Source: an uncultured Gemmatimonadales bacterium
GTDB taxonomy: Bacteria; Gemmatimonadota; Gemmatimonadetes; Longimicrobiales; RSA9
Length of the DNA: 64,000 nucleotides
Assembly (NCBI GenBank): GCA_963816355.1
Contig: CAWFKH010000001.1
Location: 576,001-640,000 of the forward strand
Reading direction: 5' to 3'
Under the pieces are notes generated by a model. That model made no database searches. It was not told where the DNA came from and was given only the letters and a program-made list of their open reading frames with translations. Positions 20,711 through 31,132 of the stretch are shown in pieces; positions within the stretch are counted from its first letter, which is position 1; each line of letters starts with the position of its first letter. Both the position numbers and the translations under genes were made by a program.

Positions 20711-21348
20711 GACTCCAGGACCCATTCGCAGATCCCCTCGCCCTGCGCCTCGCAGCGGGAGTGCGCGACGCGCTCGCGACGACCGGTGTAGAGGAAGACC
20801 AGCTCCTCGAGCACCGCGGTGAAGAGGACGCACGCCGTGCCATCGCCCGCCAGGTCCGCCGTGAACGGGTGCCGGATGCGCGCCGCCAGCGGGCGCCCCA
20901 CGAGCTCGATCGTGCCGCGGCCGAGGAGGTGCCGCAGCAGCCGGCGCGCGGCGCGTCGTACGGCGAAGAAGACGACGGGGCGCGGCAGGCCGCGGGAGCC
21001 GAGCCGGCCGGCGGCGGGGCGACGTCGCCGCTCGAAGTGACGGCGCGCGATCGTCGTCCCCGCCTCGCGCAGCACCGCCGGCGCGTCCTGCCGGCGCAGC
21101 ACCAGCCGCATCAGGTCCACCGCTTCCGCGAGGGGCACCGCGTCGCCGCGACGCACCGTCTCCTCCAGCCGCCGAATCTGCAGCAGCACCACGTCGCTCA
21201 GGCCGAGCCGGCGCGGCAGGCTCACCTGGAAGTTCTCGTCCTCGAGCACCTCTGCGGGGAAGTCGTGGTCGCGCATCGCCTCCAGCAGCGACAGCGGCAG
21301 CAGCGGCGACACCCGCCCCGGCCTGCGCCTGCGTGCTTCTTCCGACAC
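20707..21348 (-). CDS. Hypothetical protein with V4R-like C-terminus
   Basis: Normal codon usage; C...HSRCEAQGEGICEW resembles the V4R Cys pattern; start uncertain (21348 or 21360). Confidence 0.6.
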   Translation of the reverse strand: MSEEARRRRPGRVSPLLPLSLLEAMRDHDFPAEVLEDENFQVSLPRRLGLSDVVLLQIRRLEETVRRGDAVPLAEAVDLMRLVLRRQDAPAVLREAGTTIARRHFERRRRPAAGRLGSRGLPRPVVFFAVRRAARRLLRHLLGRGTIELVGRPLAARIRHPFTADLAGDGTACVLFTAVLEELVFLYTGRRERVAHSRCEAQGEGICEWVLES

Positions 21349-21542
21349 CTCTCGGTCCACTCCTGGTCGCGGTCCGTGCGGCGCCTAATCTGGGGGAGGC
21401 AAGGGGTGTCGCCAAGAGGGGGCTTCGCGAGGCCGGCCTGGGGAGTGAGCGCGTCGTCGCCGCCGTGCCGCCTGCGTTCTCCGCGGCCCGGTTCCTGCAC
21501 CGCCGACCGACGAGCACCCACGGTCCACGAGAGAGGTGAAGG

Positions 21543-22004
21543 ATGGTCGACGAGAGCTGTGTCTTCTGCCGGATCATCGCCGGCGAGGAGATGGTGAGCA
21601 TCGTGCACGAGGACGACCGCGCCATCGCGTTCATGGACATCAGCCCGCTGGGACCCGGCCACGCGCTCGTCGTCTCGCGCCACCACCACGCCACGGTCCT
21701 CGACATGCCGGAGGAGCTCGCCGCGCACTGCATGGTCGTCGCGCGGCGGATCGCCGAGGGCGTGCGCGCTGCCACCGGCGCGGAGGCGGTCAACCTTTTC
21801 AGCGCCAACGGTCGCGCGGGCGGACAGGATGTGCCGCACTTCCATCTGCACGTGATCCCCGTGCACGAGGGCGACGATTTCCCGCTGCAGCTCCCGGCAC
21901 GCGACGGCCCGCTGCAGTCGCGCTCGCAGCTCGACGTCATGGCGGCGCGCATCGGCCGCGCGATCCAGCAGCGCACGCACGAGCTGAGCGCCGTCCAGGG
22001 CTGA
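21543..22004 (+). CDS. HIT family protein
   Basis: CVFCRII, AFMDISP, GH, HFHLHVIP histidine triad. Confidence 0.92.
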   Translation: MVDESCVFCRIIAGEEMVSIVHEDDRAIAFMDISPLGPGHALVVSRHHHATVLDMPEELAAHCMVVARRIAEGVRAATGAEAVNLFSANGRAGGQDVPHFHLHVIPVHEGDDFPLQLPARDGPLQSRSQLDVMAARIGRAIQQRTHELSAVQG

Positions 22005-22072
22005 AGTCGCGAGGGGCGGCGCGCGCTCCGCCTCCACTGGCCCACGCCCCGCGCGCGGCCTACCTTTCCCGC

Positions 22073-23200
22073 ATGCGACGCCACCCTCCGTTCGACCCGC
22101 CCGAATACATCGACTGGGCGCCGGATCCGGCGCTGGTGGGCGAGTTCCGCGAGCGGCCGCGGCGCGACGCGGATCGCCGCGCGGTCGTCGAGGCGCTCGA
22201 CGAGGCGAAGCTGCTCGAGCTGTACGCCGGCCTCGTGCGCAACCGCCTGCACGACATCACGCTGAAGCGCTGGGTGCGGCGCGGCGTGCTGTCGAAGGCG
22301 TGGCTGGGCACCGGCGAGGAGGCGGTCACGGTGGGCTGCGTGGCGGCCCTCGAGCGCGGCGGCGACGTCGTCGCCCCGATGATCCGCAACGCGGGCGCGT
22401 GCGCGGAGATGGGGATGCCGCTCGAGCGCATCTTCGGTGGCTATCTCGGCCTGCGCGACGGACCGAACGGCGGCCGCGACGGCCACTTCGGCGACCTCGA
22501 GCACGGCGTGCTGCAGCCGATCTCGCACGTCGGCGCGATGGTGCCGGTCGTGACGGGCATCGCGCTCGCGTTCCGCCAGCGAGGCGAGCCGCGCGTCGCG
22601 CTGACGTGGGTGGGCGACGGCGCGACCAAGACCAGCGACTTCCACGAGGGCGTCAACTTCGCGGCGGTGCGCCGCGTCCCGGCGATCTTCGTGATCCAGA
22701 ACAACCAGGTGGCCCTCGGCACACGGCTCGACCAGCACGGTGCGGGAGATTTCCGCGACTGGCCGGCGATGTACGGCGTGCGCGGCGCCGAGGCCGACGG
22801 CAACAACGTGCTCGACGTCTACGCCGCCACGCGCCTCGCGGCGGAGCACGCCCGCGCGGGCGGCGGCCCGACGCTGCTCGTCGTCGAGACGTTCCGCATG
22901 GGCGGCCACGCCACGCACGACGAGGCGGAGGCGCGCGCCACGTTCGACGCCGAGCTCTTCGCCGCGTGGGGTCGGCGTGACCCGATCGGCCTCTTCGAGG
23001 AGTACCTGGTCGAGGAAGGGATCGCGCGCGAGCGGCTGCAGGGGATCGAGGACGACGTCGACGCCGCGATCGAGGCCGCCGCCGAGGCCGCCCTCGCCGC
23101 CCGCGAGGCCGGCGTCCCGCTCGGCCCTGACGCGGAGTACGACGGGATCAGCGCGGGCGTGCGGCAGCCTGGCCTCGCCGCGCGCATCGGCGACGGCTGA
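22073..23200 (+). CDS. TPP-dependent 2-oxoacid dehydrogenase E1 alpha-like subunit
   Basis: GDGATK...QNNQ TPP motif, DGNNVL, FRMGGHATHD, DPI. Confidence 0.88.
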   Translation: MRRHPPFDPPEYIDWAPDPALVGEFRERPRRDADRRAVVEALDEAKLLELYAGLVRNRLHDITLKRWVRRGVLSKAWLGTGEEAVTVGCVAALERGGDVVAPMIRNAGACAEMGMPLERIFGGYLGLRDGPNGGRDGHFGDLEHGVLQPISHVGAMVPVVTGIALAFRQRGEPRVALTWVGDGATKTSDFHEGVNFAAVRRVPAIFVIQNNQVALGTRLDQHGAGDFRDWPAMYGVRGAEADGNNVLDVYAATRLAAEHARAGGGPTLLVVETFRMGGHATHDEAEARATFDAELFAAWGRRDPIGLFEEYLVEEGIARERLQGIEDDVDAAIEAAAEAALAAREAGVPLGPDAEYDGISAGVRQPGLAARIGDG

Positions 23201-23893
23201 GTGGGCGAGGCGAGCGAGCACGAGGTCCGGACGACGCGGCGCGCGCGTTTCTACGCGCTCGGGCCGGCGTCGGCGCGCGAGGTCTGGCTCGTCTGTCATG
23301 GCTATCGCCAGCTCGCCGGCCGCTTCATCCGCCGCTTCGAGGCGCTCGACGACGGCCGCCGCCGCATCGTCGCCCCCGAGGCGCTCTCCCGCTTCTACAT
23401 CGAGGACGAGGAGGGCCCGCACGGCCCCCACTCCCGTGTCGGCGCGAGCTGGATGACGCGTGAGGACCGGCTGCGCGAGATCGCCGACTACGTCGAGTAC
23501 CTCGACCGCGTCGCGCAGCGCGCGCTCGACGCCGCGCCCGACGCGCGCCTCGTCGCGCTCGGCTTCTCGCAGGGCGCCGCCACCGCCAGCCGCTGGGCGC
23601 TCGCCGGCCGCAGCCGGCCGCACCGCCTCGTGCTGTGGGCCGGCGCCGTCGCCCACGACGTCGACCTCGCGGCCGCCGCGCCGCGCCTGCGGGCGCTGCG
23701 GCCGATCGCCGTCGTCGGCGACGCGGACCCCCACGTCTCCGATGCCACGATCGCGCGCGAGCGGCTGCGGCTCGCCGGCGCCGGCGTCGATTTCGGGCTG
23801 ATACGCTACGCCGGCGGCCACCGCGTCACGGACGACGCTCTGCGCGCGCTGGTCGAGACACTCGATTCCGGTCAGGAGGTGCAGGGACCATGA
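23201..23893 (+). CDS. Phospholipase/carboxylesterase (alpha/beta hydrolase)
   Basis: HGYRQLA, APEALSRFY, VGASWMTRE, GFSQG, GGH. Confidence 0.85.
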   Translation: MGEASEHEVRTTRRARFYALGPASAREVWLVCHGYRQLAGRFIRRFEALDDGRRRIVAPEALSRFYIEDEEGPHGPHSRVGASWMTREDRLREIADYVEYLDRVAQRALDAAPDARLVALGFSQGAATASRWALAGRSRPHRLVLWAGAVAHDVDLAAAAPRLRALRPIAVVGDADPHVSDATIARERLRLAGAGVDFGLIRYAGGHRVTDDALRALVETLDSGQEVQGP

Positions 23894-25851
23894 GGCTCAC
23901 GCAGGCGACGACCTCGCTGGCGATCGCGGCGCTCGTGGCGATCGCGGCGCCGAGGCCCCCCCTCGCGCCGGCGCACGCCGCGCCGCAACGGCCGGCACCG
24001 GCCGCGGCCGCGCGGGCTGCGGCCGCGCCGGCGGTCGAATACGACGTCGCCTTCCCGAACGCGGTCCACCACGAGGCGCGCATCACGGCGACGTTCTCCG
24101 GCCTCGGCGCCGCGCCGCTCGAGCTGCGCATGAGCCGCTCCTCGCCCGGGCGCTACGCGCTGCACGAGTTCGCCAAGAACGTCTATGCGGTGGAAGCGAC
24201 GGACGGCGGCGGCCGCGCGCTCGATGTGGTGCGGCCGGACCCGTACGGCTGGACCGTGCCCCGCCACGGCGCCGTCGTGCGCGTGACGTACACGCTCTTC
24301 GCCGACCGCGCGGGCGGGACCTACTCCGGGATCGACCGGACGCACGCGCACCTGAACATGCCGGCGACGTTCATGTGGGCGCGCGGGCTGCAGGAGCGTC
24401 CGATCCGCGTGCGGTTCCGTCCGCTCGCGGGGTGGAAGATCGCGACGCAGCTTCCGCCGGCCGCCGGCGCCGCGAACACGTTCACCGCGCCGGACCTGCA
24501 GTACTTCATGGACAGCCCGACCGAGTTGAGCGACCACGACGTGCGCGAGTGGACGGTCGAGTCGGGCGGGCGCACGCAGACGATCCGCGTGGCGCTGCAC
24601 CACGCCGGCACGGCGGCGGAGCTCGACCGCTACGTCGAGCTGGCGAAGCGCGTGGTGCGCGCGGAGATGGGCGTGTTCGGCGAGCTGCCGGCGTACGACT
24701 ACGGCACCTACACGTTCATCGCGGGCTACCTGCCGTACGTCTCCGGCGACGGCATGGAGCACCGCAACTCGACGAGCCTGACGAGCACGCGCTCGCTCGC
24801 CGACGCCACCCTGCCGCTCGTCTCCACCCTCGCCCACGAGTACTTCCACTCCTGGAACATGGAGCGGATCCGCGCGCGAGAGATCGAGCCGTTCGACTTC
24901 GAGCGCGCGAACATGTCGCCCGAGCTTTGGTTCGGCGAGGGGTTCACGAACTACTATGACGGGCTGTCGCTGCGCCGCGCCGGGATCACCTCGGTCGACG
25001 ACTTCGCCGCCGACGAGAGCCGCGCGGTGAACACCGTGGTCAACGCGCCGGGGCGCGCGTACCACTCGGCGGCGGGGATGAGCCGGCTGGCGCCGTTCGT
25101 CGACGCCGCGAGCTCGATCGACCCGACCAACTTCGCCAACACGTTCATCTCCTACTACACGTGGGGCGACGCGATCGGCCTCGGCCTCGACCTCACGCTG
25201 CGCACGCGCTCGCCGGCGCGCACGCTCGACGATCTCATGCGCGCGATGTGGCGGAAGTTCGGGAAGACCGGCGTGCCCTACACGATGGACGACCTGCGCC
25301 GCACGCTCGGCGAGGTGGCCGGCGACACCGCCTTCGCGAACGACTTCTTCCGCCGCTACATCACCGGCCACGCGGTGGTCGACTACGCCGCGCTGCTCGG
25401 CCGCTTCGGTCTGCTCCTGCGCCGGAGCGATCCCTCGGCGGCGTGGATCGGCGCGGAGGGGAGAGGGAGCCGGATCGCGACGCGGCTGGAATTCTCGGAC
25501 GGCGCCGCCACCGTGGCTGGGCCGACGCTGGTGGGCGAGCCGCTCTACGACGCGGGCATCGACCGCGGCGATCGCATCCTCACGCTCGACGGCGTGCCGC
25601 TCGCCAGCGCGGAGGCGCTGCGAGGGGTGCTCGGCCGGCACCAGCCCGGAGACACGGTCGACGTGGTCTTCGAGCAGCGGATGGCGCGCCGCACGGCGGC
25701 CGTCGTGCTCGGCGCCGATCCAGACCTCGAGATCGTGACCTACGAGGCGGCCGGCAAGCCGCTCTCGCCCGGGATGCGCGAGCTGCGGCGCGCGTGGCTC
25801 GGCGGCGAGGACGCCGCCGACGCGAAGCCGCGCCGCAGCGGCCAGCGCTAA
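23890..25851 (+). CDS. M61 family metallopeptidase with PDZ domain
   Basis: Signal peptide, GMEHRNS, HEYFHSWN, LWFGEGFTNYY, C-terminal PDZ (AGIDRGDRIL). Confidence 0.92.
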   Translation: MRLTQATTSLAIAALVAIAAPRPPLAPAHAAPQRPAPAAAARAAAAPAVEYDVAFPNAVHHEARITATFSGLGAAPLELRMSRSSPGRYALHEFAKNVYAVEATDGGGRALDVVRPDPYGWTVPRHGAVVRVTYTLFADRAGGTYSGIDRTHAHLNMPATFMWARGLQERPIRVRFRPLAGWKIATQLPPAAGAANTFTAPDLQYFMDSPTELSDHDVREWTVESGGRTQTIRVALHHAGTAAELDRYVELAKRVVRAEMGVFGELPAYDYGTYTFIAGYLPYVSGDGMEHRNSTSLTSTRSLADATLPLVSTLAHEYFHSWNMERIRAREIEPFDFERANMSPELWFGEGFTNYYDGLSLRRAGITSVDDFAADESRAVNTVVNAPGRAYHSAAGMSRLAPFVDAASSIDPTNFANTFISYYTWGDAIGLGLDLTLRTRSPARTLDDLMRAMWRKFGKTGVPYTMDDLRRTLGEVAGDTAFANDFFRRYITGHAVVDYAALLGRFGLLLRRSDPSAAWIGAEGRGSRIATRLEFSDGAATVAGPTLVGEPLYDAGIDRGDRILTLDGVPLASAEALRGVLGRHQPGDTVDVVFEQRMARRTAAVVLGADPDLEIVTYEAAGKPLSPGMRELRRAWLGGEDAADAKPRRSGQR

Positions 25852-25887
25852 CCCGGCGCCGCGGCCCTGGCCGGCCCGGCGTAGCGG

Positions 25888-26736
25888 TCAGGTTGAGCCC
25901 CCGGAAGCGATCCCCTCCAGCGCCTTGCGGCAGCGCGCCTCCAAGCGCTCGTCGCCGATGCGCGCCGGCCAGGCCGCGAAGGCGGGCGTGGGGCCGCGCC
26001 AGCGCAGCGCGTCGACGTCGTCGAATAGAGGTGCGTCCGAGCGCAGCGTCGCCAGGTCCTTGAAGAGGAGCGCGCGCCGCCGGTCGTCGCCCGACAGCGC
26101 TTCCGCGGGGAAGGCCTCGATCGGCCCGTGCCGGTCCACCAGCCGGCCCGCGGTCTTCGCGCCGATGCCGGCGATGCCGGGATAGCCGTCGGCGGCGTCT
26201 CCCACGAGCGCGAGGTAGTCCGGGATCCGCGCCGGCTCGACGCCGAACTTCTCGCGCACTCCCGCCGCGTCGAGCACCTTGCCGCTGCGCCGGTCCACCT
26301 GCACCACGCGCTCCCCCACGACGCACTGCGCCAGGTCCTTGTCCGGCGACCAGATCGAGACGCGCTCCACGCGCTCGTCTGCCGCCGCCAGCCGCGCCGC
26401 GGACGCCAGCGCGTCGTCCGCTTCCAGCTCCGCCATCGGCCACACCGCCACCCCCATCGCGCCGAGCGCGTCCTCGAGCGGCTCGAACTGGCTCTGCAGC
26501 GTCGGCTCGACCCCCTCCCCCGTCTTGTAGCCGGGCCACAGCTCGTTGCGGAACGACTCGATCTCGTGATCCGTCGCCACGCCCACGTGCGTCGCCCCGC
26601 CCTCGAACATCTGCAGCACCGTGCGGAGGACCCCCAGCACCGCGCCCAGCGGCGGATCGCTCCCCTTCGCGAAGCGGCGGATCCCGTAGAAATGGCGGAA
26701 CAGCTCGTAGGTGCCATCGACGAGGTGCACGATCAT
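25888..26736 (-). CDS. Stand-alone 5'-3' exonuclease (flap endonuclease family)
   Basis: HLVDGT, SFRN...YK, EADD, DKD, LVGDAADGYPGIAGIGAKTA. Confidence 0.92.
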   Translation of the reverse strand: MIVHLVDGTYELFRHFYGIRRFAKGSDPPLGAVLGVLRTVLQMFEGGATHVGVATDHEIESFRNELWPGYKTGEGVEPTLQSQFEPLEDALGAMGVAVWPMAELEADDALASAARLAAADERVERVSIWSPDKDLAQCVVGERVVQVDRRSGKVLDAAGVREKFGVEPARIPDYLALVGDAADGYPGIAGIGAKTAGRLVDRHGPIEAFPAEALSGDDRRRALLFKDLATLRSDAPLFDDVDALRWRGPTPAFAAWPARIGDERLEARCRKALEGIASGGST

Positions 26737-26843
26737 GCGTGGCGTCCTCGCTAGCTTGGCTCCCACGACCGCATCGCGGCGGCATCGCCGCGCGCTGTCG
26801 CGAGCAGAGGGTAAACAGTGAGGCGAAGCGGAAACATGTGGCG

Positions 26844-26891
26844 GGCCGCGGCGCCCGGCAAGGTGGCCGCGGCGCCCGGCAAGGTGGCCGC
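26844..26891. repeat. 21-bp tandem repeat, 2 copies plus partial
   Basis: GGCCGCGGCGCCCGGCAAGGT at 26844 and 26865. Confidence 0.9.
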
Positions 26892-26994
26892 TATGACCGC
26901 GCGGGGGAGACCGTCCCCGGAAGGGGACGGCAGCGGCGGCGCAAGAGGACGGGGAGAGCGCTGTAAGTCACAATGTCATAAGGGCTTGGCTGGA

Positions 26995-27010
26995 TGGCAC
27001 CAGGTTTGCT
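26995..27010 (+). promoter_or_regulatory. Sigma-54 (-24/-12) promoter
   Basis: TGGCAC-CAGGT-TTGCT matches TGGCAC-N5-TTGCW, 56 nt upstream of the OmpA start. Confidence 0.8.
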
Positions 27011-27066
27011 CGATGTAGGGGGTGAAATCCACGAACAGGGGAACTCCCGAAGAAGAGGTGGCTACG

Positions 27067-27747
27067 ATGCGAGCGACCAGGAGAAGTGCCGTTCCGGCGT
27101 TGATGCTTGGCGCGCTGCTGGTGACGAGCGCGGGGTGCGCGAGCTGGAACAACAAGGAGAAGGGCGCGGCGGTCGGCGCGGGCGTGGGCGCGGCTGCGGG
27201 CGCGGCGATCGGTCACGCGAACGGGTCGACGGCGAAGGGGGCGCTGATCGGCGCGGTGGTGGGGGGCGCGGCGGGCGCCGTGATCGGACACCAGATGGAC
27301 AAGCAGGCGGACGAGTTGGCGACGGACCTGCCGAACGCGGACGTGAGTCGGGTGGGCGAGGGGATCCTGGTGAACTTCCCGTCGGGGATCCTCTTTCCGT
27401 TCGACTCGGACGCGCTGCAGCCGAACGGCCGACAGAACCTGGCGGACCTGGCGCAGAGCCTGAACAAGTACCCGAAGACGGAAGTGCTGATCGTCGGTCA
27501 CACGGATTCCGTGGGGACGGCGGCGTACAACCAGGAGCTGTCGGAGGAGCGGGCGGCGTCGGCGGAGGCGTACCTCGCGTCGCTGGGGATCGCGCGGGAC
27601 CGCGTGAGCACGGAGGGGCGGGGCGAGAGCGAGCCGATCGCGTCGAACGAGACGGCGACGGGGCGGCAGCAGAACCGGCGCGTGGAGGTCGCGATCTACG
27701 CGAGCGAGGAATACCGGCAGGAGGTGCTGAACAGCATCGGCCACTGA
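27067..27747 (+). CDS. OmpA family lipoprotein with glycine zipper
   Basis: Lipobox SAGC, glycine zipper, GHTDSVG, NQELSEERA, GRGESEP, NRRVEV. Confidence 0.93.
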   Translation: MRATRRSAVPALMLGALLVTSAGCASWNNKEKGAAVGAGVGAAAGAAIGHANGSTAKGALIGAVVGGAAGAVIGHQMDKQADELATDLPNADVSRVGEGILVNFPSGILFPFDSDALQPNGRQNLADLAQSLNKYPKTEVLIVGHTDSVGTAAYNQELSEERAASAEAYLASLGIARDRVSTEGRGESEPIASNETATGRQQNRRVEVAIYASEEYRQEVLNSIGH

Positions 27748-27779
27748 GCCGCGGGCGCGGTGGGGGCGGTGTCCGCGGC
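27748..27779. terminator. GC-rich hairpin between convergent genes (possible terminator, no U-tract)
   Basis: GCCGCGGGCGC ... GTGTCCGCGGC pairs with G-U wobble. Confidence 0.35.
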
Positions 27780-27783
27780 GCCC

Positions 27784-30015
<2,232 letters not shown>

Positions 30016-30099
30016 GTTGGGACGGCTCCGGGTTCGCGATTCGGGGCGCGAAATGCAGGAATCGCGCCGCCTGAGGGCCCGGTCGCAGCGGACGGCCCA

Positions 30100-30705
30100 T
30101 CACCTCTCATGGACGACGACCTCCATGAACTGGGAGAGGATGCGGTGGGTGAGGCCCCAGATCTCGTACGACTCGTAGCGGAAGGCGGGGAAGGCGCGCG
30201 TGCCGCCTTCCAGCTCGACGAGGACCTCGCCGATGGCGGTCTCGTCGCGCAGCGCGCGCAGCGGGATCCAGACGGCGGCGGCGACCTCGCGCGGGTCGGG
30301 ACGCAGCTCGGCGCGGGCGTCGGTGCGCGCGACGTACGGCGCGACGACGAGGGGGGGCAGCCGGGTCGAGCGGGGGGCGACGTCGTCGAGGCGGCCGAGC
30401 AGGTCGCGATCGCGGCGGAGCTGGATGCCCACCTCCTCGCGCGTTTCGCGGAAGGCGGTATCGAGGAGGTCCTCGTCGATCGGGGCGCGGCGCCCGCCGG
30501 GCAGCGCCATGTGGCCGGACCAGGGGTCGCCGGCCCGCTCGACGCGCTGGATCAGGAGAAGCTCCATGTCAGGAGCTTCCCGCAGCAGCAGCGTGACGGC
30601 GGCCTCCCCGCGGTCGGGGCGGCGCGTGGCATGGCGAGGCGAGTGTGCGCGGAGGGCGTCGCGGATCGCGCTCCACCCGGCGTCGCCGTACGGGTCGTCG
30701 GGCAC
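30100..30705 (-). CDS. Nudix CoA pyrophosphatase
   Basis: WSGHMALPGG, TAFRETREEVG, IWGLT. Confidence 0.9.
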   Translation of the reverse strand: MPDDPYGDAGWSAIRDALRAHSPRHATRRPDRGEAAVTLLLREAPDMELLLIQRVERAGDPWSGHMALPGGRRAPIDEDLLDTAFRETREEVGIQLRRDRDLLGRLDDVAPRSTRLPPLVVAPYVARTDARAELRPDPREVAAAVWIPLRALRDETAIGEVLVELEGGTRAFPAFRYESYEIWGLTHRILSQFMEVVVHER

Positions 30706-30785
30706 GCCCCAGTGTAGGAGGGTGGCCGCTCCCGGGGCAACGGCGCGGGAGCTTTGGGCATCGTAGGGGGTAGGTAGAAGCACCG

Positions 30786-31097
30786 ATGAAGGGTCGAGCG
30801 AGAGGGTCACGTCGACGGCACGTCCTCGAGCGGGATGGCTTCCGCTGCGTGTACTGCGCGCGGGTCTTTCCCGCTGAGGAACTGACGGTCGACCACGTCG
30901 AGCCGCGCGTGCGCGGCGGCGACCATTCGGCGGGCAATCTCGTGACCTGCTGCCGGGAATGCAACACGGCGAAAGGCGGTGCGCCCGCGTGGGCGTTCCT
31001 TTCGCGCCGACCCGATCTCCGCGCCAACTTCCTCGCGCTGGGCGAAGCCGTCTGGCCGCGGCTGCGCCGAGCGGTCGAGGAGGCCGCCGAGCCGTAG
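30786..31097 (+). CDS. Small HNH endonuclease
   Basis: RDGFRCVYC, TVDHVEPRVRGG, NLVTCCRECNTAK. Confidence 0.9.
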   Translation: MKGRARGSRRRHVLERDGFRCVYCARVFPAEELTVDHVEPRVRGGDHSAGNLVTCCRECNTAKGGAPAWAFLSRRPDLRANFLALGEAVWPRLRRAVEEAAEP

Positions 31098-31132
31098 CCA
31101 GGTTCGCTCGCTCACTCTTTTCCGCTGCCGAG

